64,000 bases of DNA from Sulfurimonadaceae bacterium (GTDB taxonomy: Bacteria > Campylobacterota > Campylobacteria > Campylobacterales > Sulfurimonadaceae): positions 17,496-81,495 of the forward strand of contig JBNLFL010000016.1 in the NCBI GenBank assembly GCA_050305515.1, written 5' to 3'. The stretch's first letter is position 1. The number at the start of each line of letters is the position of its first letter. The notes under the pieces were generated by a model. The model saw only the letters and a program-made list of their open reading frames with translations. It searched no databases and had not been told where the DNA came from. Position numbers and translations under genes: made by a program. Positions 45,373 to 55,442 of the stretch are shown in pieces.

Positions 45373-48294
45373 CTAAGCTGGATGGCTCTTTTCATGAGAA
45401 GTATGATCGGCATAAAACTGTTCCAGTTCCGGAGTATCCATGGGTTGTGCATAGTAAAAGCCCTGAATTTCGTTGCAGCCGTATGCTGCAAGCAACTCTG
45501 CTGTGCGTTGCTCTTCGACACCTTCAGCGATGGTTTTGAGATTGAGCGTTCTGGCCATATCGATAATGGCTTTTACAATGGCGATATTCTCTTTGTTCCC
45601 GGAGAGATCCAATATGAAAGAACGGTCAATTTTGAGCTTGTCTACGGCAAAACGCTTGAGATAGGCAAGGCTCGAATAGCCGGTGCCGAAATCGTCAATG
45701 GAGAGGGTGATTCCCATGCCTTTAAGCGTCTGTATTTTTGAGAGGGTTTTCTCCGTCGTACGCATCATGATTGTTTCCGTCATTTCGAGCTCCAGCATAT
45801 TGGGGCTTAAACCGCTCTCTTGCAGGACCCGCGAGACAATATCAACAAAATCTTTCCTCCAGAACTGTACGGCAGAGATATTGACTGCAACAACAAGGCG
45901 AATGCCGTTTTGAATCCATTTGGCTGCCTGTGCGCACGCTTGTGAAAGAATCCATTCGCCAAGTTCGACAATCAGTCCGCTCTCCTCGGCAACCTGAATA
46001 AAATCGTCCGGCGCCACGACGCCCAAATCGGGATGCCGCCAGCGTACAAGCGCTTCGACTCCGACGATGCGGCCGGTTTGAATCTCGATTTGCGGCTGAT
46101 ATTGCAGATAAAACTCTTCTTGCAGGATACCGTTTAAAATTCTGTTTTTGATATGCATGCGGGCGGGGAGGTCGCTGTCCATATTTGAATCGTAGAAGAA
46201 GAAACCGTTTTTACCGTTTGCTTTTGCCTGGCTCATGGCGATATCGCTCTTTTGTAACAGCGCCTCGAAACTTTCACTGTCGTTTGGATAGACGGCGATA
46301 CCGATAGATGCCGTGATGGCATAGTGCTCATCCGTATGTTCAAAAGGATCTTTGAAGATTTTGACGATTTTCCGGGCAATGTCACTGACTTCATCGATCG
46401 ATGCGATATTGGCAACGGAGAGCAGGAACTCGTCGCCGCCTTGTCTGCTGAGCAGGTCGGTTGTTCTGGTATGCAGCTGGAGCCTGAGAGCTACGGCTTT
46501 GAGAATGTCATCTCCCAAATCGTGTCCTACGGAGTTGTTGATATTTTTGAATCCGTCAAGGTTAATCAGCATCAGCGCGACTTTAAGTGTGCTTTTTTTT
46601 GCCTGGCTAATCATTTTGATGCAGCGCTCTTTTGCCAGAAAGCGGTTGGGAAGACGTGTGAGTTCGTCATAGTAGGCGAGAAATTCTATTTTCTTTTCCG
46701 CCTCTTTGTGCTCGGTAATGTCGCGGATGTAGCCATACCAGATGGTGCCTCCCTGCGGATGCGGAAGGGGATTGGAATAGCCTTCCATCCAGCGCTCCCC
46801 ATCTTTAGGATGCTGGATTTTAAAGTACTGATGCCACATGGTTTTTTTGTGAGCCGATTCGATCAGCGATTGCTTCAAGGCATCATGCTCTTGGGGGTGT
46901 ATGAGCGCAAAAAAAGGTGACGCATCGTTGACAACTTCCGAGTGTTCCAGCCCGAAAAGCGTATGGAGTTTGGATGACGCGTAGGGGATGCAAAACGAAC
47001 CGTCGCTTCGCATGTGCAGACTTCCCGCCATCCCCGGAGAAGATTCGGTGAGCATGCGCAGCTCCTGCTCTTTGGCAATGATGTCATTTTGTAACGTGTA
47101 ATAGTCGGTCATATCGCGTCCGACTCCAAGAACGCCAATGAGTCTGTTCTGCTCGTTAAACTCCGGGATCAGTCTGATATCATGGATTTCGGTGATGCCG
47201 TTTGGCATCAAAAAGCTTTTTTTTGATAGAAGAACCGGCTTCTGCGTTGCAAAAACCCGTTTTATTCCATCTTCGATAGCGGTAAAGCGATTCTCACCAA
47301 AGAGTTCGGTCGTGGTTTTGCCTATGACATCTTCATATCGCAATTTGAGCATGTTAAGTTTGATTGTATTGACATAGACAATTCTGCCTTCATGATCCCA
47401 ACGCACGACATTATCAGGGAGATTGTCTGCCAAAGTCCGAAACTCCTGCTCCCGTTCCCGCAGTTTCTGGAGTGAGGACTTCTGTTGGGTTATGTCTTTA
47501 ACAATAGAGAGATAGAGTTCTCTATGATTGTGATAAAAACGGGATGAAGTAACCTCGACATCGATCAGGGTTCCGTCTTTTTTCCGGTGTTTGGTCTCAA
47601 ATCGGTTTTCACTGTGTTTTGTATGCTTGGCTTTGTCAATGATTCCGGATTTTTCATACAGCGCCTCAATGTCAAAAACGCTCATTTCCAGAAACTCATC
47701 AGGCGTATAGCCGAGCATTTTGCAAGCTGCCGTATTGACATAAATGATATCAAATTGACGATCGATGAGATAAACGCCCTCTTTGGCATTTTTCATGGCA
47801 ATGTCAAGTAGCCGCATCCGTTTTTTGGATTCGGTGAGCTCCGCAATATAATTGAATCGGGACTGTATGTAAACCAGCTCTCTTTTGGTATTGAATTTTG
47901 GCGTAAAAGAGACAAAAGTATAGACTTTACCGCCATCTTTACGGATGCAGATATGCTCGAAATCTTCACCCCTGCCGCTTTGAATCAGCGCGCGTACTTT
48001 CTGCTCAAGGAATTTGCCGTCTAAAGAGGAGGCAACATCAGTTGGCCGTTTCCCGTAAAGTTCTCTCGAACTCACTCCCAACAAGGTCTCATATCCCCGG
48101 CTGGTATGGATGTACTGACCATATCGGTCAAAACGGGCAATAATGTCTGATGGATGATCTTGAGAAGCGACGGGCATCTGAAATGCTTCGACATTGGAAG
48201 ATGATGCAGATTTTTTTGAGCGCGAGAGATAACGACCTAGCATGAGTTCCTGAAGTTCTTGACCCTTTCCGCGTTCGGATACATTGTAAGGCAT
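45373..48294 (-). CDS. Multi-PAS + GGDEF + EAL signalling protein (c-di-GMP turnover)
   Basis: 973 aa. At least three PAS/PAC modules, an intact GGDEF (SRQGGDEFLL) and an intact EAL (YQPQIEIQTGRIVGVEALVRW, DDFGTGYSSL). Confidence 0.88.
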   Translation of the reverse strand: MPYNVSERGKGQELQELMLGRYLSRSKKSASSSNVEAFQMPVASQDHPSDIIARFDRYGQYIHTSRGYETLLGVSSRELYGKRPTDVASSLDGKFLEQKVRALIQSGRGEDFEHICIRKDGGKVYTFVSFTPKFNTKRELVYIQSRFNYIAELTESKKRMRLLDIAMKNAKEGVYLIDRQFDIIYVNTAACKMLGYTPDEFLEMSVFDIEALYEKSGIIDKAKHTKHSENRFETKHRKKDGTLIDVEVTSSRFYHNHRELYLSIVKDITQQKSSLQKLREREQEFRTLADNLPDNVVRWDHEGRIVYVNTIKLNMLKLRYEDVIGKTTTELFGENRFTAIEDGIKRVFATQKPVLLSKKSFLMPNGITEIHDIRLIPEFNEQNRLIGVLGVGRDMTDYYTLQNDIIAKEQELRMLTESSPGMAGSLHMRSDGSFCIPYASSKLHTLFGLEHSEVVNDASPFFALIHPQEHDALKQSLIESAHKKTMWHQYFKIQHPKDGERWMEGYSNPLPHPQGGTIWYGYIRDITEHKEAEKKIEFLAYYDELTRLPNRFLAKERCIKMISQAKKSTLKVALMLINLDGFKNINNSVGHDLGDDILKAVALRLQLHTRTTDLLSRQGGDEFLLSVANIASIDEVSDIARKIVKIFKDPFEHTDEHYAITASIGIAVYPNDSESFEALLQKSDIAMSQAKANGKNGFFFYDSNMDSDLPARMHIKNRILNGILQEEFYLQYQPQIEIQTGRIVGVEALVRWRHPDLGVVAPDDFIQVAEESGLIVELGEWILSQACAQAAKWIQNGIRLVVAVNISAVQFWRKDFVDIVSRVLQESGLSPNMLELEMTETIMMRTTEKTLSKIQTLKGMGITLSIDDFGTGYSSLAYLKRFAVDKLKIDRSFILDLSGNKENIAIVKAIIDMARTLNLKTIAEGVEEQRTAELLAAYGCNEIQGFYYAQPMDTPELEQFYADHTSHEKSHPA

Positions 48295-48456
48295 AGTCTT
48301 CCTTTGGCAGATTGTCTCAAATCACTATTTTACACCGTTTTTTTTCGAAAAGTGATAATTCAGGGCATTGAAAAATAATATTAAATATTTTGTCCCGTAT
48401 AGATTTTCATCATAGCGCATGTACAAAATGTATGAAGAATCACAATGTCCATGCAA

Positions 48457-49026
48457 TCAGTTATAGTCTTGAATGTATCCGATGAGCATCTCTATGGCGT
48501 CGATATAGTCCTGCGTGTCACCAGAGGCTTTGGCGGCCAGAATCGCACCTTCGAGTGTAACGGTGGTGAAGAGTGCAAGTTTTGCCGTATCGCAGGGTCT
48601 GAGTTCGCCTGCTTTGACTGCCCGGTCGAAAATGCGTTTGACATTCAGGCGGAACGCGGTGTAGATGCTCTTCATGAGACGGTTGAAATCGTCATCGATG
48701 TTGGACATCTCCTGTACGATGTTCGCAACCGGGCATCCCCGCTTGAAATCGCGCGCATTCAGGTCGCGCAGCCCTTCGAAAAACTGCTCCAGATAAGGGC
48801 CGTCGCTTTTGGCAATGGCGCGGTAACGCGTTCCGAAACGCTCGGCAATCTTCTCTTTGACCGCGGCGAGGGCCATCTCTTTTTTATTGGCAAAAAAGTG
48901 GTACATCGACCCCTTGTGAACACCTGCTTCAGCGAGGATATCCGCCAGTGCCGCGCCCTGGTAGCCGTGGGTGTAGACTGCTTCATAGGTAGCGTCAATC
49001 AGTTTTTGTCGGGTGGTTTCTTTCAT
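48457..49026 (-). CDS. TetR/AcrR-family transcriptional regulator
   Basis: N-terminal HTH (LIDATYEAVYTHGYQGAALADILAEAGVHKGSMYHFFANK). Divergent from the AhpD-like gene. Start set at MKETT. Confidence 0.85.
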   Translation of the reverse strand: MKETTRQKLIDATYEAVYTHGYQGAALADILAEAGVHKGSMYHFFANKKEMALAAVKEKIAERFGTRYRAIAKSDGPYLEQFFEGLRDLNARDFKRGCPVANIVQEMSNIDDDFNRLMKSIYTAFRLNVKRIFDRAVKAGELRPCDTAKLALFTTVTLEGAILAAKASGDTQDYIDAIEMLIGYIQDYN

Positions 49027-49049
49027 AAAAAGCATTATAGCACAGTGAC

Positions 49050-49099
49050 TTGACTAATTGGTCAAATCGTATTACAATGCCACTTGACCAAACAGTCAA
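49050..49099. promoter_or_regulatory. Two TTGAC-N6-GTCAA inverted repeats (candidate TetR operators) in the divergent intergenic region
   Basis: TTGACTAATTGGTCAA at 49050-49065 and TTGACCAAACAGTCAA at 49084-49099, lying between the TetR gene and the AhpD-like gene. Confidence 0.5.
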
Positions 49100-49121
49100 A
49101 TTTTACATGTAAGGAACTTCC

Positions 49122-49655
49122 ATGCCTATCATCGAGACCATAACCCCAGAAGCCGCAACCGGCGAGTTGGCGAAACTTTACAAAATTATCACGGCGATGC
49201 GCGGTAACGTTGGACACAATGCCCGGATATTCAGCGTCAGCTCGGAACTGTTGCGCCAGCAGATCGATTTTATCAGGTTCTATTCGGAACATCCGACGCT
49301 TTCCATGCCGTTGCTTGCCGCAATACGGATTATGGTTTCAAGCGATGAAGCGTGTCAGTTTTGCATCGATTTTAATACGGCGCTGCTAATCAATTATGCC
49401 GGGTGGAGTATGGAACAGGTCACTGCCATGCGTAGCAATATTGACGATGCCAACCTGAACGAACGGGATCTCTCCATGCTGCGTCTGGCCGTCAAAGCCG
49501 TTCGTGATGCTCACACGGTCAATGCCAATGACCTTGACATGCTGCGTGAGATGGGATGGCACGACTCCGATATGCTCGAAGCGGTCAACCATGCGGCGCG
49601 AATGCTCGCCACGGATGTCGTTTTCAATACGTTTAAAATTGAGAGTTTCCGGTGA
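49122..49655 (+). CDS. Carboxymuconolactone-decarboxylase (AhpD-like) family protein
   Basis: 177 aa, helical. It has the CxxC-like motif (ACQFCIDF) typical of the AhpD/CMD fold. RBS TAAGGAAC lies upstream. Confidence 0.7.
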   Translation: MPIIETITPEAATGELAKLYKIITAMRGNVGHNARIFSVSSELLRQQIDFIRFYSEHPTLSMPLLAAIRIMVSSDEACQFCIDFNTALLINYAGWSMEQVTAMRSNIDDANLNERDLSMLRLAVKAVRDAHTVNANDLDMLREMGWHDSDMLEAVNHAARMLATDVVFNTFKIESFR

Positions 49656-49730
49656 ATACACCGTCGTTACAGTGAAGGGTGGGAGCTTTCACGCCGAAGG
49701 TATCGAAACGGTCGTCATGAATCATCTCTC

Positions 49731-50072
49731 TTATGCATTAACGCGATCACCATGACTGGGCGGCGTGGATATCACGAGAAATTCAAGCTCCCGCTCATGG
49801 TTATTGCTTAACGTATGGGCAACACCCGCAGGAACATGGAACCCTTCATTGGGGTGAATGATGAAAACCTCGCCCGAGACTTCAAGCGTGGCAATGCCAA
49901 AGAGCACATAGAAAAACTGCTCGGCATTATTGTGGAGATGGCGCGCTTCTGAAGCGCCCTGCGGAACGCGTTCCTGTATGACGCTGAGGTTGGCGGAGGC
50001 GGCAAGATGCCACCCGTCGCAGTTTTCTCCCCATCTATAGTGATCGGCATTTTTTACAGAGATGACTGGCAT
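49731..50072 (-). CDS. Cupin-domain protein
   Basis: 113 aa. Cupin motif pattern (GASEARHLHNNAEQFFYVLFG...HVPAGVAHTLSN). Confidence 0.75.
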   Translation of the reverse strand: MPVISVKNADHYRWGENCDGWHLAASANLSVIQERVPQGASEARHLHNNAEQFFYVLFGIATLEVSGEVFIIHPNEGFHVPAGVAHTLSNNHERELEFLVISTPPSHGDRVNA

Positions 50073-50282
50073 TGATTTTTCCTGTAGGTGATTGAATATG
50101 ATAATTTCTGTAAATTTTACTCGGAAACGCTTGAACTTTTTTATGATTTGGTGAATGACAGTTTACCGTGCCCAAAATCAGACCGTCTGGCCGAAGCGAT
50201 CAATGCAGAATATCTTTAAATAAATCATTATTTAACCATTTAATTGTATTATTGTTCTATGAAATAAGCTTTGGAGAATGAT

Positions 50283-51398
50283 ATGCGATTGAAAATGATG
50301 CGCTTTAGCGCACTAATTGCAGGTGTGTCGATTGTTTTTGTGGGTTGTCAAAATGACAACAACGGATGGGGACCATGTTGGACAGATTGTCCAAAGACGC
50401 TTGAGGGAACGGGCGGATTGTATACGCTCACCGACATGACCTCTTTGCAGCAGGATACCATCGCATTCAGAAGAGCTGATGTTATGACCAGAGCAGCAGC
50501 AAGTTGTAGTGCACCTCCGCATGAAAACATACAGGAACAGCGGATGTCAGAGCATCGGCAAATTTATTATGAGTCTTATGACTGGCAATTATGCAATGTA
50601 TTTGGTGGCAATAACCTGTTTGATATCAGAATGGTTTTGTTCGGTCAAGAGCGCTATGTCGGTTCGTTCGATACCCATGCCGAATCAAATATCAGTACGA
50701 CCAGCATCTCCTGTAACAACGCATCGGTCACGGTAGCTGCCGGAACGTTTGATACACAGCACTGTGTTTATGAATCTGAAGATAAACAGTACCGATATGA
50801 ATCGTATTACACGGACCCCACTAAAATGGGTGGACTCGTCCTGTATACCAGCTATGTCGACGGATTAGAAAATTATCAGATAGAGCTTCAGGCCTTGGGT
50901 GATTACATCATTGAAAATAACACCACCACAAACTGCCCTCCTCAATATAATGCATGTTATGCTTATGGTTATGACGAGATACTTGAGTACGAATTGGCTT
51001 TTTCAGGTGAAATACCAAGTATGTACGTTTTTGGAGATCATCTTTTTACCACGCAGGAAAGCTACAGAGAGTTTTTTAAACAATTTACACTCGACATACC
51101 GGTGGATATCGATTTTACAACACATTCCGCACTGTTGATTTCAGTCCCAGATGCACCGGACGGAAATGAAATGGTCTGTTTCAATGTCACCAAAGATGGT
51201 GATAAGATAAAAGCGGAGTACATATACGATATTCCCCTGACACGTTTCGAGTATGTTGACGGAGAATATTGTTCGGCACCTTCAGTTTTGGACAATAAAG
51301 ATCTGTATTATATTTATGCGATTACAAAGGTCGATGAAAACGTTTCTGCCTCCTATTACAGATACAGAGAGTCATATCGATATTATGAGAACGAGTAA
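50283..51398 (+). CDS. Hypothetical lipoprotein
   Basis: Signal peptide plus lipobox (IVFVGC). GGAG lies upstream of the ATG at 50283. No recognisable family. Confidence 0.55.
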   Translation: MRLKMMRFSALIAGVSIVFVGCQNDNNGWGPCWTDCPKTLEGTGGLYTLTDMTSLQQDTIAFRRADVMTRAAASCSAPPHENIQEQRMSEHRQIYYESYDWQLCNVFGGNNLFDIRMVLFGQERYVGSFDTHAESNISTTSISCNNASVTVAAGTFDTQHCVYESEDKQYRYESYYTDPTKMGGLVLYTSYVDGLENYQIELQALGDYIIENNTTTNCPPQYNACYAYGYDEILEYELAFSGEIPSMYVFGDHLFTTQESYREFFKQFTLDIPVDIDFTTHSALLISVPDAPDGNEMVCFNVTKDGDKIKAEYIYDIPLTRFEYVDGEYCSAPSVLDNKDLYYIYAITKVDENVSASYYRYRESYRYYENE

Positions 51399-51446
51399 CG
51401 CAGGCGTTTTGTTTGTTACCGCTTACATGTAAGGCTTTTCAAGTTT

Positions 51447-52727
51447 TTACATCTGCAACCGAAACGGCACCATTCCCGAAGCTTCAAAGCCCATGTTTTC
51501 ATAAAAACGGTGGGCGGCTTTATTGTCGCCGTCGGTGAGCAGCGTTACTCTTTTTACTCCTTTCTCCCGGCTACATGTAAGCGCGTATTCGAGCAGTGAC
51601 GCGCCGATGTTTTCTCCCCTGTGCGCGGCATCTATTATCATGTCTTCAAGCAGTGCCACGCGTTCGCCCAGCGCGGTGGAGACGCTGTAAAGCATGTTGA
51701 CCATGCCGATAGCGCTCCCATCCCGGTGTGCTACGTAGATACTCCCGATATTCTCGTTTTCTATAATCTGTTTGAGCGCCCGCGTCTGTCTGGCACTATC
51801 GGGAGTGAATTCGGCTTCTTGCGAGAAGAGCTGTTCGAGAAGGCCGCAAAGCTGCGGGATGTCTTCAAGCGTAGCGGCGCGGTATTGCACAATGGTTTCC
51901 TTACATGTAGACTCACGGGCAAGTAGAATCTTTTTGCGTTCAATCCCCCAGCGATAGCCGCTTATGGCACCGCTTTTGGCGATAACCCGATGGCAGGGAA
52001 TAAGGTAGCCGATGTGATTGCTGCCAATGGCGTTGGCCACGGCCCGCACCGCCTCGGGGCGTTCGACGAGATTGGCAATATCCTGATAGGTGGCGATAAC
52101 GCCGTTAGGCAGGTTGATGAGCGCTTTCCAGACGTTAATCTGGAGATTGGTGCCCTTGACCATCAGATTGTATTTCTTGTTTTTGATGAAAATGTTTTCC
52201 AGATAGGTTTGAGCCTTCTCGTCGTCATGCAGCAGGTTCGCCCGCTCCCACAGCTCGTTGAAGCGTGCGAAAATCGCTTCTTTGTTGGCGTCGATGAAGC
52301 CCAGATAGCAGACCCCTTTGTCGGTGTAGGCGATGAGCGCTTCCCCAAACGGGGTGATGCCGTAACCGTAGGTGATGGTGACATCTTTTCCCTTTTCACG
52401 CCACTCTTTGGGCGTGACGCCGATGAGGTTGACGAAAAGTTCATGCAGCCTGCTGGTGCTGGAGAGCCCGATGTCAAGGGAACTCTCCAGAAGTGAGCCG
52501 GACTCCTTGATACGCTCTTTGGCGTAATTGAGCGTTATCGAGTGTAAAAACTGTTTGGGCGTGAGCCCGACGTACTCCTTGAAGACGCGGATGAAATGGT
52601 ACTTGCTCATGCCCACACTGCGCGCGATGGCATCGACGGTGGGCTGCTCCTTGAAATGGGTATCGATGTAGGTTATCGCTTTGGCGATCAAGCGGTAATT
52701 GTGATGCAGCGTTTCGATATCCGACAT
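51447..52727 (-). CDS. Three-domain fusion: AraC-type HTH (Ada-like) + O6-methylguanine-DNA methyltransferase + GNAT acetyltransferase
   Basis: N-terminal AraC HTH (SKYHFIRVFKEYVGLTPKQF). MGMT active site IPCHRVIAKSG. C-terminal GNAT motif (AHRGENIGASLLEYAL...AAHRFYENMGFE). Confidence 0.8.
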   Translation of the reverse strand: MSDIETLHHNYRLIAKAITYIDTHFKEQPTVDAIARSVGMSKYHFIRVFKEYVGLTPKQFLHSITLNYAKERIKESGSLLESSLDIGLSSTSRLHELFVNLIGVTPKEWREKGKDVTITYGYGITPFGEALIAYTDKGVCYLGFIDANKEAIFARFNELWERANLLHDDEKAQTYLENIFIKNKKYNLMVKGTNLQINVWKALINLPNGVIATYQDIANLVERPEAVRAVANAIGSNHIGYLIPCHRVIAKSGAISGYRWGIERKKILLARESTCKETIVQYRAATLEDIPQLCGLLEQLFSQEAEFTPDSARQTRALKQIIENENIGSIYVAHRDGSAIGMVNMLYSVSTALGERVALLEDMIIDAAHRGENIGASLLEYALTCSREKGVKRVTLLTDGDNKAAHRFYENMGFEASGMVPFRLQM

Positions 52728-52742
52728 GGCGCGCCTTTTTAT

Positions 52743-54005
52743 TTAATAGTGAACATGATTATAAACTCTAAACCGCTTCAAAAAGGTTTGAAGCTCCGCT
52801 TTTATTTCGTTTTGCAGCTGAATGTTGTCGATGTCATCAAGAACGTCGCAGACTTTATGCGCGATGAACTCAAACTCATTTTCTCCCATTCCCAGCGTCG
52901 TCAGCGCTGCCGAACCGATGCGAACACCCGAAGTTGCCGTTGCCGGACGCGGGTCGTGGGGTATGGTGTTTTTGTTGACCGTAATACCGGCGCGTTCAAG
53001 CGCCATGCTGGCGTCGTTACCCGAAAAGGCACGATCCCGTAGGGAGATAAGCACCAGATGGTTGTCCGTACCGCCGCTGACAAGCGTATAGCCCCGTTGA
53101 AGCAAAACGTCGGCGAGAATGGCGGCATTGGCTTTTAGCGCTTTGGCGTAGGTGCGCCATGAAGGGTGCAGCACCTCACCGAACGCCACGGCTTTGGCGG
53201 CAATGACATGCATGAGCGGACCGCCCTGCAGACCGGGGAAGATGGCACTGTTGATCTTTTTGGCAATGCTCTCGTCGTTGGTCATGATGACACCGCCTCT
53301 GGGGCCGCGGAGGGTTTTATGCGTTGTCGAAGTAACGACATCGGCGTAGGGAAAAGGGCTCATGTGTTCTCCGGCGGCCACAAGTCCCGCAATATGGGCA
53401 ATGTCGGCAAAGAGGATGGCCCCCACGGCATCGGCGATGTCGCGGAACTTTTTAAAGTCGATCTCCCGCGCATAGGCGCTGGCACCGCAGACGATGATTT
53501 TAGGTTGGACGATTGTGGCTATGTCAAGGATTTTTTCATAATCCATCCGCCCGTCTTCCTCTACACCGTAGGTGAAGGCGTGGTAGTTTTTTCCCGAAAA
53601 GCTGGGTTTGGCACCGTGGGTCAAATGTCCGCCGTGGTTAAGATCCATACCCAGCAGTTTGTCTCCCGCCTGAAGCAGTGCGGCATAGACGGCACCGTTG
53701 GCCTGAGAACCCGAATGAGGCTGTACGTTGGCATAGGCGCAGCCGAAAATGGCGCACAGGCGTTCAATGGCCAATGTCTCGACCTGATCGGCAAACTCGC
53801 AGCCGTTGTAGTACCTTTTAGCGGGGTAGCCTTCGGCATATTTGTTGGTATAAATACTCCCCATGGCCTCCATGACGGCAGGCGACGTAAAGTTTTCGCT
53901 GGCAATCATTTCAAGATGCGTACTCTGGCGTTCAAACTCGCGTTCCAAAATGCCAAACACTTCCGTATCGGCAACGGATAGGGGTATTTCGTGAATGAAA
54001 CTCAT
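52743..54005 (-). CDS. glyA: Serine hydroxymethyltransferase
   Basis: 420 aa. Canonical SHMT motifs ([42 protein letters not shown]). Confidence 0.96.
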   Translation of the reverse strand: MSFIHEIPLSVADTEVFGILEREFERQSTHLEMIASENFTSPAVMEAMGSIYTNKYAEGYPAKRYYNGCEFADQVETLAIERLCAIFGCAYANVQPHSGSQANGAVYAALLQAGDKLLGMDLNHGGHLTHGAKPSFSGKNYHAFTYGVEEDGRMDYEKILDIATIVQPKIIVCGASAYAREIDFKKFRDIADAVGAILFADIAHIAGLVAAGEHMSPFPYADVVTSTTHKTLRGPRGGVIMTNDESIAKKINSAIFPGLQGGPLMHVIAAKAVAFGEVLHPSWRTYAKALKANAAILADVLLQRGYTLVSGGTDNHLVLISLRDRAFSGNDASMALERAGITVNKNTIPHDPRPATATSGVRIGSAALTTLGMGENEFEFIAHKVCDVLDDIDNIQLQNEIKAELQTFLKRFRVYNHVHY

Positions 54006-54135
54006 GGCGTCTCCTTGTTTTATGGTTGTAAAAGTGTAGCGCCGCAGCGCGGCAGAGGCAATCCGTATTTTGCGAAGATTTCGTAAGGAAAAGCAATTTT
54101 TGGATTTGCAGTAAAATACGGCTAAAAAGAGGGCT

Positions 54136-54606
54136 GTGATGACTCCTGCCGTAACGGTGGCAAAAAAAGCGAAAATTTCCTACACGCTTCACTCCTATAC
54201 CCATGACCCTTCCAATACGGCATACGGTGAGGAAGCTTCAGTAATGCTGGGCGTTGCGCCGGAGCGGGTTTTTAAAACGCTGGTAGTGCGGCTTGATGAC
54301 AAACAGCTGGTTGTTGCCGTGATTCCCGTTTCATCCATGCTCTCCATGAAACAGCTTGCCAAAGCCACAGGCGGTAAAAAAGCCGAAATGGCCGAGGGTG
54401 CGGATGTGGAACGTTCAAGCGGTTACATTCTGGGTGGAGTCAGCCCGCTGGGCCAAAAAAAGCGTCTTCGGACGTTTATTGACAGTTCGGCGGAGCGTTA
54501 TGAGAGCATCTATGTGAGTGCGGGGCGTCGGGGGCTGGAGATAGAACTTGCCCCTGAAGATTTGTGCCGTCTTGTCAACGGAGTGTTCGCGGGATTGTCT
54601 GCCTGA
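54136..54606 (+). CDS. ybaK: Cys-tRNA(Pro)/Cys-tRNA(Cys) deacylase YbaK
   Basis: 156 aa. YbaK-type sequence ([39 protein letters not shown]). Confidence 0.85.
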   Translation: MMTPAVTVAKKAKISYTLHSYTHDPSNTAYGEEASVMLGVAPERVFKTLVVRLDDKQLVVAVIPVSSMLSMKQLAKATGGKKAEMAEGADVERSSGYILGGVSPLGQKKRLRTFIDSSAERYESIYVSAGRRGLEIELAPEDLCRLVNGVFAGLSA

Positions 54607-54612
54607 GGCGCT

Positions 54613-54726
54613 CTATTTCCCGCAGGTCTTGCATTCGAACTCTTTCAAAAGAAAGAGTATGCCCGGCAATGCAAAAACAAGCACCATGACAAATACACCC
54701 ATCTGATAATTAAATTCAAAATTCAT
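54613..54726 (-). CDS. Possible small membrane peptide (37 aa)
   Basis: My own translation: MNFEFNYQMGVFVMVLVFALPGILFLLKEFECKTCGK. It has one TM helix and a weak AAAGG upstream. It is too short for the supplied track, and support is weak. Confidence 0.25.
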   Translation of the reverse strand: MNFEFNYQMGVFVMVLVFALPGILFLLKEFECKTCGK

Positions 54727-54854
54727 TATAAACCTTTGAGATTCAAAAAGCCCTATTATATCAAAACCTAATAAGTTTTATTACTTGTATGTAACAAAAA
54801 TCACAGACCGCTTTAGGGCGCTTTTTTTACAATGCTCTTTAAAAAGGAGACGGT

Positions 54855-55268
54855 ATGAAAGCGGATTATGCCGTGCGTGTCATGCAGATCATGATTGGGG
54901 TGAATTTTTTCTGGTTCGGGATGCTCAAATTTTTTTCAGGCGTAAGCCCCGCAGAAACGCTGGCCGTAATGACCATTGCCAAGCTGACGTTCGGCTTTAT
55001 TGCACCGGAGCTTTCCATTAAACTTCTGGCTATCTGGGAAGTCGCTATCGGTGCCGGATTTCTGCTCGGGCGCTATGTCAGGATATTCATGCCGCTTTTC
55101 ATGCTGCACATGGTGCTGACGTTTTCACCGCTCTTTTTCTTTCCCGAACTCTGCTTTGGCGAAGCACCGTTTTCATTGACGCTTGTGGGTCAGTATATTT
55201 TCAAAAACCTTGTTTTCATTGCGGCGGGCGTGGTGATCTGCATAAAATCGAGGCAGGCGGACGTTTAG
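54855..55268 (+). CDS. Small integral membrane protein (DUF417/YkgB- or DoxX-like)
   Basis: 137 aa with four hydrophobic helices. AAAGGAG lies upstream of the ATG. Confidence 0.6.
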   Translation: MKADYAVRVMQIMIGVNFFWFGMLKFFSGVSPAETLAVMTIAKLTFGFIAPELSIKLLAIWEVAIGAGFLLGRYVRIFMPLFMLHMVLTFSPLFFFPELCFGEAPFSLTLVGQYIFKNLVFIAAGVVICIKSRQADV

Positions 55269-55442
55269 CGAAAGTTTTGTTTTCTTTTTCATCAACTTCT
55301 TTGGAGTACTTAAAAGTAGCCTCGTCACCTTTTTATCATTGCTGTGAGATAGTAATGGGGGGGGAGTGGGGCTTCTGGTGGAGCTTTATGATATTATATT
55401 GCGTACTGCTTTTAATTACCACGGGGGAGTTATAATAGATAT

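Noticed and set aside
54640-54657. Hairpin CTCTTTCAAAAGAAAGAG as the ybaK terminator
   Set aside because: It has a 7-bp A/T-rich stem with no following T-tract. It also falls inside the possible 37-aa minus-strand ORF. The evidence is too weak to call.
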